Source of the DNA: a virus
Taxonomy: Duplodnaviria; Heunggongvirae; Uroviricota; Caudoviricetes
Length of the DNA stretch: 16,486 bases
Virus record (IMG/VR): IMGVR_UViG_2740892258_000006
Direction: 5' to 3' (one strand)
The position numbers and the translations under genes were made by a program. This document shows, piece by piece, positions 1 through 7,316 of this stretch. Each line of letters opens with the position of its first letter. The stretch's first letter is position 1. The notes below the pieces were generated by a model that saw only the letters and a program-made list of their open reading frames with translations, did not search any database and was not told the DNA's origin.

Positions 1-158
1 AGGAATAAGGCAAACCCAAGCGGTGCTTTCGACTGCACCATCCCCTGCGCAGCCATTACATCCGTAATTGTTAAACCACCCGAGCCTGTCGCCGATGCGT
101 CATCGCTCAATTTTGGAGATTTTGGGGAGTAATATTTCGGTAAGGCTTCAAGGTTCAT
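1..158 (-). CDS. Q: Antitermination protein Q (lambda Q-type), N-terminal 52 codons; gene runs off the left edge
   Basis: ATG at 158-156 with GGAG 7 nt upstream; translation MNLEALPKYYSPKSPKLSDDASATGSGGLTITDVMAAQGMVQSKAPLGFALF closely parallels the lambda Q N-terminus as I recall it (MRLESVAKFHSPKSP...GTDVMAAMGMAQSQAGFGMAAF). Confidence 0.7.
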   Translation of the reverse strand, partial: MNLEALPKYYSPKSPKLSDDASATGSGGLTITDVMAAQGMVQSKAPLGFALF

Positions 159-171
159 GCTCGTTCTCCAC

Positions 172-1077
172 TTACACCAGTACGCCAATTGCCAGCGCAC
201 GATCGATAAAACGAAATATCAGCTCCAGCTGGGAGCCATACATCTCTTCAAATGCCACGGTATCCGCATGCAGCTCGTCGTGATGCTTTCTGCACAAAGG
301 CAACACAAAAAGGTCATGCGCTTTTGTACCCATTCCACCCTGTCCGTGGCCTATCAGGTGGTGGGGATCATCAGCGGGCTTTCCACAACATGCACACGAC
401 TGTGTCTTAACCCAGCGCGTGTACTTTTCATTAACCCAGCGGCGACGTTTTGGGCGTAACATAAAAGACTCCGGCGACTCCGGATCCACTTTCAGCGCCA
501 GCACCTTTTTCGCCTTATCCTGGATGATGCTGGTGGCAGGAACCGAAGGCACAAGGTCACTTTCCCGGGTGACAGACGGCACAACAGGCTTCGGTAATCT
601 CAGTGCCTTACGGGCTGCACTTTCCGGTAAGGCATCCGCCAGATCATTACGAACCAGCCACCAGCACAGTTCCGGCATTGTCACAACGTGACTGTCATCA
701 AAACCGAGATCCCGACGCACAACAGACAACACCCAGCGGGCACAGTTATCCGTTGCCATTGATTCCAGCCGTTCCGTGAACTGATCGCGAAGCAGGTTAT
801 CGCAGTGCCAGCACAGACGGATTGCGCCCGGCGCGTGTCGCATTGTGGTCATGTTCTCGCTGTGCCAGTCGGAATGAGGCCACTGACAGCCCTTTTCACG
901 AAGTAACCAGCTTTCAAGACATTCCACACCCCCCGCACGACGAATAACTGCCTCATTGCGGAACACGGCCCGAATGGCAGGATCATCCGCCAGCGGTTGT
1001 GATGCCGCCGGAACGGCACCACTGGCAAAAGATGAATAACGTTCCGGCTCAGGCTCCAGCAGGACACGCCCCTGCAT
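172..1077 (-). CDS. Phage protein with C-terminal Cys/His zinc-finger/HNH-like motif (DUF968-like, tentative)
   Basis: 301-aa ORF; C-terminal CACCGKPADDPHHLIGHG...LCRKHHDELH motif; sits between KilA-N gene and Q; start may lie further upstream (see finding on T6 run at 1119-1124). Confidence 0.6.
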   Translation of the reverse strand: MQGRVLLEPEPERYSSFASGAVPAASQPLADDPAIRAVFRNEAVIRRAGGVECLESWLLREKGCQWPHSDWHSENMTTMRHAPGAIRLCWHCDNLLRDQFTERLESMATDNCARWVLSVVRRDLGFDDSHVVTMPELCWWLVRNDLADALPESAARKALRLPKPVVPSVTRESDLVPSVPATSIIQDKAKKVLALKVDPESPESFMLRPKRRRWVNEKYTRWVKTQSCACCGKPADDPHHLIGHGQGGMGTKAHDLFVLPLCRKHHDELHADTVAFEEMYGSQLELIFRFIDRALAIGVLV

Positions 1078-1243
1078 AAACAGCCGAACATGCAGCCTTT
1101 CGCCGTCAGCGACCAGAATTTTTTGATGTTGTTAATCGCTGTACGGCTGTATCGTTCGCGCTGTTCGACGATCCCCAGCTTCGCCATCTGGTGATATGCC
1201 TGATTAGCCGTAAGGCGGATACCATACTGTTTCAGCAGTGCAC

Positions 1244-1692
1244 TCAGCGACAGTGTCGGGCGACTTGAGCCATCAGGCGCGTCAGCAGGAGCATCAATGG
1301 CATAGCGCGGTGCGGTGTGCTGGTTACCATATCGAAAGTACGGATCACCTTCAGATGGAATGACGGGCTTATCCACATTGCATAGGCATACACCAGTTCT
1401 TTGCAGACATACGTCCCCTGGTTATTTCCGCCACGAATAACGTTAACTGGCTCTATATTGACCGAGTTGCAAATCTGCAACTCGCTTATTAAACGTTCAG
1501 TTTGCTCATTGCGGAGCCAGAATGCAGGCTTATGCTTATCCAGAGAACCGGCAGCCCTGTGCAGATCGTTCAGGCTGTAACGCCCATAAGCATCACGACG
1601 AACTTCAATACCATCTGCAGATCGTTCAGGCTGTAACGCCCATAAGCATCACGACGAACTTCAATACCATCAATAACCATCAGATTATTCAT
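1244..1692 (-). pseudogene. KilA-N domain protein (antirepressor-like), frame broken by a 56-bp tandem duplication
   Basis: ATG at 1692 with GGAGAAACGAAGT upstream; MNNLMVIDGIEVRRDAYGRYSLNDLHRAAG... joins ORF 1244..1480 (…ICNSVNIEPVNVIRGGNNQGTYVCKELVYAYAMWISPSFHLKVIRTFD) only if one copy of 1560-1671 is removed. Confidence 0.55.
1560..1671. repeat. Perfect tandem duplication, 2 x 56 bp (1560-1615 = 1616-1671)
   Basis: Identical copies read directly from sequence; inside KilA-N gene. Confidence 0.95.
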
Positions 1693-1711
1693 ACTTCGTT
1701 TCTCCTCTTAA

Positions 1712-2157
1712 TCAGGCAGCTGCACCCGCCGTTTTCTCGTACTTACTGATAGTGATCTCGACCTTCCCTTCCGGGATAACCGGTCCCCACTCCACCAGCA
1801 TTCTTTTCACCTGACTGTCGTCTTCCCACACACCCGCGTGGGTCAGGGCGTCAAACAGCGCCTTGTTATAGTTGTCCAGATCGCGGATCCGGTTATCCGG
1901 AGGAAACAACACGATCTCCACTGAAGCAGGTGCCGACGTTGGTTTCGGTTATCCGGAGGAAACAACACGATCTCCACTGAAGCAGGTGCCGACGTTGGTT
2001 TTGGCAGACGACGTAACTGCTCAACTATTGCTGCACACGCCGCGCTCTGGAATTTGCGCCCCGCCGCGCTTATCAGGCTCTTACCAGCAAACGCCCCTTT
2101 GTTGGGGTGTCGCCAGTACGTGTTCACGCTGGGCGGAAACGGCAGAATCAGCTTCAT
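1712..2157 (-). pseudogene. rusA: Holliday-junction resolvase RusA, frame broken by a 56-bp tandem duplication
   Basis: ORFs 1843..2157 (MKLILPFPPSVNTYWRH...) and 1712..1921 (...DNRIRDLDNYNKALFDALTHAGVWEDDSQV...) join into about 129 aa RusA-like protein when one duplicated copy is removed; ATGA stop/start overlap with upstream gene. Confidence 0.7.
1890..2001. repeat. Perfect tandem duplication, 2 x 56 bp (1890-1945 = 1946-2001)
   Basis: Identical copies read directly from sequence; inside rusA. Confidence 0.95.
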
Positions 2158-2480
2158 ACTTTCAGGCCCCTCTCATGTAACCAGTGGGCTGCACGCAGCC
2201 TGGCGTTTTCCTTACCGGCAAGCAGTGAGCGGATAATCCCGACCGCCTCGCTGTCGTCGTCCTTCACCGCGGTATGAAGAGTGATACCCCGGGCCACGCC
2301 ACGCTTTATCGTGATGACGCCTTTTTTCTCCAGTGCTCGAAGATGCTCCACCGCTGCATTCACTGAACGGTATCCCAGCATGGTTGCCACCTCCTGATTG
2401 GTTGGCGGGAAGCCACGTTCTTTCTGATAAGAAATCAGCATATCCAGCACCTGCTGCTGGCATTGAGTTAACGTCGTCAT
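2154..2480 (-). CDS. LexA N-terminal DNA-binding-domain protein (winged helix), phage regulator
   Basis: 108 aa; MTTLTQCQQQVLDMLISYQKERGFPPTNQEVATMLGYRSVNAAVEHLRALEKKGVI parallels LexA N-terminus; ATGA overlaps with neighbours on both sides. Confidence 0.65.
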   Translation of the reverse strand: MTTLTQCQQQVLDMLISYQKERGFPPTNQEVATMLGYRSVNAAVEHLRALEKKGVITIKRGVARGITLHTAVKDDDSEAVGIIRSLLAGKENARLRAAHWLHERGLKV

Positions 2481-3130
2481 GCCGCCATCTCCCTGAGCAG
2501 TTTTTCCGCCTGCTGGCGAACCTGCGCCAGAAACGCCTCACCACATGCCTCAAGTTCATCGCGCCCGATGTAGCTGATTGCCGGTCCCTTCCAGGTCTTG
2601 TCAAAAACAGCAATAGCACCAGCGAAGAAAGCTCCTGTCGGCACCTGCTTCTCGTCTTTCGGGATAAACCAGACAGGCAGTTCAAAACCAATACGCCCGC
2701 GAATAAAAGCAATATGATCTGCATCTTCCGGCCACCACACTTCGCTGGTGGCAGCTTTGATCAGGAAAACATAGCGCCCGCCTTTATCACGCATGGCACT
2801 GGCATGCTTCATGATGTAACGCATGCCGGTGATGTATTGCCCCTCATGCTGACTGGCGCGGCTGTATGGGGGATTACCAAAGGCAGCACCTTTAAGCTCC
2901 GCAAGACGTTCTGACCAGTCATGCGCCAGCGCATTGTCTTCCGCCGTGTAATACGCGGCACATTTGGCGTTACCACCGTCGGTGAACAGATCCAGAACAA
3001 ACGGGCCAAACAGGGTGTTAATTCCCCAGAAAATGTTGTCCGGCGTGCGCCACTGATCGCCCACTTCCTTCAGTTCATGGGCTGGTTTGTTCCGCAGCTC
3101 CACCAGCGCCTGGCAATATTTATTACTCAT
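2477..3130 (-). CDS. Phage DNA N6-adenine methyltransferase (Dam-like, orphan)
   Basis: NPPY motif (AFGNPPYSRA); start taken at ATG 3130 (MSNKYCQ...) where TAATG overlaps upstream stop; ORF track extends to 3163. Confidence 0.7.
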   Translation of the reverse strand: MSNKYCQALVELRNKPAHELKEVGDQWRTPDNIFWGINTLFGPFVLDLFTDGGNAKCAAYYTAEDNALAHDWSERLAELKGAAFGNPPYSRASQHEGQYITGMRYIMKHASAMRDKGGRYVFLIKAATSEVWWPEDADHIAFIRGRIGFELPVWFIPKDEKQVPTGAFFAGAIAVFDKTWKGPAISYIGRDELEACGEAFLAQVRQQAEKLLREMAA

Positions 3131-3624
3131 TAAGCCCCCACGTAATTCCCTGACAGATACCACTCTTCACCCGATGCAGCGCGCTTGCTGCTTTTCCGTA
3201 AGCACCGCTCACGACGCGCCAGAAAATTGTTTCGTTCTGGCTGGGAGTGGCTTTCACGGAATGCCGCCATCCACACGGTTGCAGCACGACGGTATAAACC
3301 CCTGGACTCCAGTTCTTCAGCCTGGCGGGTCAGGCACAAAATCACCCGTGGATCGTTAGTGCCGACATAGAAATTGCGCACAGGTCTGGTTTCTCGAACT
3401 GGTTGTGGTTCCGGTTCCTGCGCTCTCTCAGTCAGGCGCGGGAAATGTCTGCGTGTATCTCCTTCACAACGGTGAGCCACACGCCCACTCTGACGTAACT
3501 TGCTTGCTGACTGCAGAACGCGCTGTCGTGAGTAACCTGCAAAAGCATCCGCAATGTCACCGGAAGTACACCCCGGATGGGCTTCAATGAATTTCTGAAC
3601 GTCATTTAACAGACTCATGATCAC
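3130..3624 (-). CDS. Phage regulatory protein, C-terminal half PerC/Pch-like
   Basis: LESRGLYRRAATVWMAAF resembles the PerC-family GLWRRAA..W motif; N-terminal half looks winged-helix-like; GTG 3624 or ATG 3618 start overlapping upstream TGA. Confidence 0.5.
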   Translation of the reverse strand: MIMSLLNDVQKFIEAHPGCTSGDIADAFAGYSRQRVLQSASKLRQSGRVAHRCEGDTRRHFPRLTERAQEPEPQPVRETRPVRNFYVGTNDPRVILCLTRQAEELESRGLYRRAATVWMAAFRESHSQPERNNFLARRERCLRKSSKRAASGEEWYLSGNYVGA

Positions 3625-4154
3625 CCCCTGAATCCTGCCGGGATCTGGCTGTAGTCCACGTTGTCGTAACTGGCTTTGAAGTACGGGTCCTCGCGTTTTT
3701 CGGTGTACGTACTTACGGACGGCGATAAGCGCAGGGAAAGCTCATCCCATTTTTCCCGCAGCTTCGACGGGCTGAGCACGTTACGGCACCAGAACGGATC
3801 GCGGCTGACGCGGCTGTACATCTCGCAGATTTGTTTGTGAGTACGACCATCCTGCACACACATCAGGCGAATTTCGTTTGCCCAGGCTGTCCAGTTCGGT
3901 TCTTTGGGACGAACCACCTCGCCGTCACATTCGGCAGCCTGCTCGTACAGGGCGATGATTTTTTTCCAGAGCCACTGTGCGCAGGTCAAATCATCCTGCG
4001 TTCCCCACTGGCGCTTTTTAGGGCTGAATACAACAGCATCAGGATGGCGAGTTAAAAACTCCTGTTCAGCCGTCTGCGTGTCCGGTTGCGAAGCGTCCGG
4101 ACGAGAAGTTTTTTTCAGTTGCGAGCGACGGTAGTGTGTTGTTAAACTGTTCAT
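3621..4154 (-). CDS. Hypothetical phage early protein (177 aa), function not assigned
   Basis: Intact ORF, translationally coupled (ATGA) to upstream CII-like gene; Trp/Cys-rich C-terminal region. Confidence 0.55.
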   Translation of the reverse strand: MNSLTTHYRRSQLKKTSRPDASQPDTQTAEQEFLTRHPDAVVFSPKKRQWGTQDDLTCAQWLWKKIIALYEQAAECDGEVVRPKEPNWTAWANEIRLMCVQDGRTHKQICEMYSRVSRDPFWCRNVLSPSKLREKWDELSLRLSPSVSTYTEKREDPYFKASYDNVDYSQIPAGFRG

Positions 4155-4238
4155 GCGTTAGTTTCTCCACAGTCACGACACGCCACGGCGCCCGGAGCTG
4201 CACACTCGCGGGCGTCACTACTTTCTGAAACGCAAAAG

Positions 4239-4338
4239 ATTTTGTAGACCAGTGCTGCATGCTCCTGCAGCTTCGAAATTGAGAGGTAATTTTGTAGACC
4301 AGTGCTGCATGCTCCTGCAGCTTCGAAATTGAGAGGTA
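4239..4338. repeat. Perfect tandem duplication, 2 x 50 bp (4239-4288 = 4289-4338)
   Basis: Identical copies read directly from sequence. Confidence 0.95.
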
Positions 4339-4545
4339 CAGCTCATCGTTAATTGCTGTCTTCTCATGCGGTTCCACTACACCGTCTTCAATTGCTGAAC
4401 GAATCTGTTTTGAATAACTGCCGATCTGTTCAATGACCTCCAGCAGGCGTTGGTTGATATCGGCGTTGTCCACATCCTCGACGTCAGGAAGAGACACAAA
4501 GACGCCATTTGCAGACTGCGCCACAGCATCAGCAATGAAGTGAGT

Positions 4546-4567
4546 GCCACCAGCACGCCACCAGCAC
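4546..4567. repeat. Perfect tandem duplication, 2 x 11 bp (ccaccagcacg, phase ambiguous by one base)
   Basis: Read directly from sequence; both flanking ORFs encode RAGG across it. Confidence 0.85.
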
Positions 4568-4806
4568 GCTGTAAAACCATTGCCCATCCCAGCGGGAAAA
4601 TCTGATCGCCATCTGCACGAAGGCGGTTGAATAAAGCGTTTTCTGTTACATCGAGCCAGTCAGCCGCTTCAGCGTAACCACCCGGCAACGCCGCGATCGT
4701 TTTTCTGACAGCTTTCACGTACCACTCAGGCTGTTTTTCTATTTTCCAGTGATGCTTACCCACGATTAGCCTCATCGTTCTGTGGTTAAAAATTGAAAGT
4801 GTTCTG

Positions 4807-5007
4807 CTAATCTTTCGGATAGATATCCGGTCTTAAGTCAGATTTCGTAATTGCACCTGACGTGCATTGCTCAAGTTTTTTAGCCAGCACAAAACTGGCT
4901 TTTTTATAGCCATTGAAAACCAGCCGTAAGTAGCCAGGTGTTGAGCCAACTTTTCCGGCCAACTCGCCCTGCTGTTCTTTGGTTAAAGAGTCCCAATACG
5001 CTTTCAT
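4807..5007 (-). CDS. cro: Cro-like small HTH repressor
   Basis: 66-aa ORF (MKAYWDSLTKEQQGELAGKVGSTPGYLRLVFNGYKK...) divergent from cI-like gene; GGAGG upstream; start at 5007 within longer ORF 4807..5310. Confidence 0.6.
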   Translation of the reverse strand: MKAYWDSLTKEQQGELAGKVGSTPGYLRLVFNGYKKASFVLAKKLEQCTSGAITKSDLRPDIYPKD

Positions 5008-5013
5008 ACAATG

Positions 5014-5079
5014 TGTACCTCCGGTGTACATATTACATGATTGAAATGAACCTTCAAGATACTTGTACCTTAACGGTAC
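5014..5079. promoter_or_regulatory. Immunity-region operators and divergent promoters: O1 TGTACCtccggTGTACA (5014-5030), O2 TGTACCttaacGGTACA (5063-5079); PR-like -10 TAATAT (5030-5035) and -35 CTTGAA (5053-5058) on minus strand
   Basis: Two 17-bp dyad sites sharing TGTACC half-sites between divergent cro and cI starts; 17-bp spacer between -35 and -10. Confidence 0.5.
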
Positions 5080-5097
5080 AAGGGTTTTAATTTCGTT

Positions 5098-5772
5098 ATG
5101 AAAACAATCCATGACATCCGGCGGTCTAACGCCAGAAAACTGAGAGATGGTGTTGGCGGGAATTCTTCCTTTGCCACTATGATTGATCGCGAGCCAACCC
5201 AGACCAGCAGGTTTATGGGAGATGGTGCTACTAAAAATATCGGTGACAGCATGGCACGACACATCGAAAAATGTTTCGACCTGCCTGTCGGATGGCTCGA
5301 TCAAGAACACCAGACAACGAACATCACAAAAAAACCTGATGTTTCAATCACTAATAAACAAATCACATTAGTCCCTGTCATATCATGGGTACAGGCCGGA
5401 GCATGGAAAGAAGTTGGATATTCTGAGGTTGATTTGAGCACAGCAGAAACGTATCCCTGCCCTGTACCCTGTGGGGAAATGACTTATATCTTGCGGGTGA
5501 TAGGTGATTCAATGATTGATGAGTACCGCCCGGGAGACATGATTTTTGTCGATCCTGAAGTACCTGCCTGCCACGGTGACGACGTTATTGCATTGATGCA
5601 CGATACAGGTGAAACCACCTTCAAAAGGTTGATAGAAGATGGGACACAGCGTTATCTCAAAGCGTTAAACCCAAACTGGCCTGAGCCTTACATTAAGATC
5701 AACGGTAATTGCTCTATAATTGGTACTGTGATTTTCTCAGGAAAACCAAGAAGATACAAAATCAAAGCCTAA
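5098..5772 (+). CDS. cI: CI-like prophage repressor (HTH N-terminus + S24 LexA-type peptidase C-terminus)
   Basis: C-terminal GDSM Ser motif and downstream Lys (TFKRL) of S24 autopeptidases; divergent from cro. Confidence 0.8.
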   Translation: MKTIHDIRRSNARKLRDGVGGNSSFATMIDREPTQTSRFMGDGATKNIGDSMARHIEKCFDLPVGWLDQEHQTTNITKKPDVSITNKQITLVPVISWVQAGAWKEVGYSEVDLSTAETYPCPVPCGEMTYILRVIGDSMIDEYRPGDMIFVDPEVPACHGDDVIALMHDTGETTFKRLIEDGTQRYLKALNPNWPEPYIKINGNCSIIGTVIFSGKPRRYKIKA

Positions 5773-5784
5773 TCAATGTTTATG

Positions 5785-5807
5785 AACCTGCTTCGGCAGG
5801 TTTTTTT
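5785..5807 (+). terminator. Rho-independent terminator after cI (aacctgc-ttcg-gcaggtt + T7)
   Basis: 7-bp GC-containing stem, 4-nt loop, T-run. Confidence 0.7.
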
Positions 5808-5924
5808 ATACTTGACAATGTACCTTTGAGATACATAATGTACCCAAGAGAAACAACAAACAGGCAGGACGCCCACGAAGTAGCCGCCTGGGGCATATGA
5901 AGTCCAGGATGATTCGTTAGCAAC

Positions 5925-5947
5925 AAAAAAGCGCCCTATAGGACGCT
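5925..5947 (-). terminator. Rho-independent terminator for the LprI-like gene (agcgucc-uaua-gggcgcu + U6 on minus strand)
   Basis: Hairpin with one G-U pair followed by T6, 28 nt after the stop. Confidence 0.55.
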
Positions 5948-5974
5948 TCGCTCTTTAACAATCTGGATGACTTA

Positions 5975-6487
5975 TTACTCAGATTTGAACTTTGGTTCTG
6001 GCAAAAGAGGAGGAGTTGAGTCCTCGAATCGTAGCCAGTGCTCCCAGATATCGTGGGATTGTAATTCCAGAAGACCAATTTGACGTGATGCAACTGCAGT
6101 GCCAGCTATAGTTCCTCCTGCATAATCAACCTGGACGGACTTTGACGCTTTCTCAATTAATTCTGTCCAAGCTTCACTTTCCGCGTTAAAAGAAGCAGTT
6201 AATTCCTGCAGACGCTGTGGATCATCCTTGTTGTCTTGTTTCAAACGATTCAGGGCGGCCACCGAATACTTATTCTTAACCCAACTAACCTGAGCTAACT
6301 GAACTCTCTGACAAGCGTCCATATCAGTAGTTGTTTCCTGAGGCATATCAAAGCAGGAAATAAAAAAAGTCTCAACACCATCATTTAGACTACTGCTCGG
6401 CTGGTTCAAAGCATCAGAAGCATTGGATGCTATCGGTATTATCAGTGCTACCGACAGAATCAAACGTTTAACATAAATCGCTCCCAT
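5975..6487 (-). CDS. Secreted/periplasmic protein with signal peptide, LprI-like (DUF1311) fold suspected; moron
   Basis: N-terminal MGAIYVKRLILSVALIIPIASNA signal-like sequence; Cys...Cys and Trp/Tyr spacing reminiscent of DUF1311; antisense to surrounding operon; own terminator. Confidence 0.5.
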   Translation of the reverse strand: MGAIYVKRLILSVALIIPIASNASDALNQPSSSLNDGVETFFISCFDMPQETTTDMDACQRVQLAQVSWVKNKYSVAALNRLKQDNKDDPQRLQELTASFNAESEAWTELIEKASKSVQVDYAGGTIAGTAVASRQIGLLELQSHDIWEHWLRFEDSTPPLLPEPKFKSE

Positions 6488-6968
6488 TTAATTATCCCCT
6501 CTAAGAACAGAGTCATCCAGATTAGCCGAATCCTTGTTGTTGGGGAATAACCAGGCCCACCTCGCCTGATGTGGCTAAAAGCAGGCACATAACAGCTAAG
6601 TATTTTCAACCAGAGAGAATCCTTAGCGTTGTGGTGAATGCGGCTCAGCGCACGCGGGTTAAGGTTGAGGCTGACAGTCGACCTTCTGTGGATACCCACC
6701 CGCCTGGTGTGCAACCTTCGCCAGGCACCGGGAGGCACCCGGCACCACAACTTTATGCTGTGTGTAGTCCTGGCGGTACCAGCATGCCCTTATTTCTGCT
6801 CAGGGTGTTAATGAAATTATCAGTAAGATTGGTGCCGACGCAGTGGCATTACCTGAAAATTTCCGCATTCATGATCTGGAAAAATTTAATTTAAATCGCT
6901 TCCGTTTCCGTGGTGCGCTTTCCACTGCCAGCATCGATGACTTTACCCGTTATTCTAAAGATCTTGCG

Positions 6969-7080
6969 GATGAAGGCACCCGCTGCTTTATCGATGCCGA
7001 TAATATGCGTGCCGTCAGTGTGCTGATGAAGGCACCCGCTGCTTTATCGATGCCGATAATATGCGTGCCGTCAGTGTGCT
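6969..7080. repeat. Perfect tandem duplication, 2 x 56 bp (6969-7024 = 7025-7080)
   Basis: Identical copies read directly from sequence. Confidence 0.95.
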
Positions 7081-7204
7081 TAACCTGGGTACTATTGATG
7101 AGCCTGGTCACGCAGATAACACCGCCACTCTCAAACTGAAAAAGACAGCACCGTTCTCTGCTCTGTTGTCTGTTAATGGCGAGCGTCATTCCCAGAAGTC
7201 ACTG

Positions 7205-7316
7205 GCAGAATGGATTGAAGACTGGGCCGACTACCTTGTGGGCTTTGATGCTAATGGTGAGCAGAATGGATTGAAGACTGGGCCGACTACCTTGTGGGCT
7301 TTGATGCTAATGGTGA
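7205..7316. repeat. Perfect tandem duplication, 2 x 56 bp (7205-7260 = 7261-7316)
   Basis: Identical copies read directly from sequence. Confidence 0.95.

Larger units (their letters stand above)
4151..4775 (-). pseudogene. CII-like phage regulatory protein (HTH N-terminus), frame broken by a 50-bp and an 11-bp tandem duplication
   Basis: ORFs 4377..4775 and 4066..4587 join into a single 187-codon frame ending at TGA 4151-4153 (overlapping ATG of next gene) only when both duplications are removed. Confidence 0.55.

Noticed and set aside
849-1480. ORFs 849..1376 and 1244..1480 as two independent genes
   Set aside because: 1244..1480 is the C-terminal part of the KilA-N gene starting at 1692; 849..1376 overlaps DUF968 in another frame and is better explained by a frame problem (see finding).
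2212-3009. Overlapping ORFs 2212..2724 (-), 2333..2914 (+) and 2809..3009 (-) inside the methyltransferase/LexA-DBD region
   Set aside because: Arg/Ser-rich low-complexity translations in alternate frames of better-supported genes.
6571-6894. 107-aa plus-strand ORF (and antisense 6460..6750)
   Set aside because: Proline/arginine-rich non-protein-like translation, no RBS, overlaps the better-supported yfdQ-like frame.
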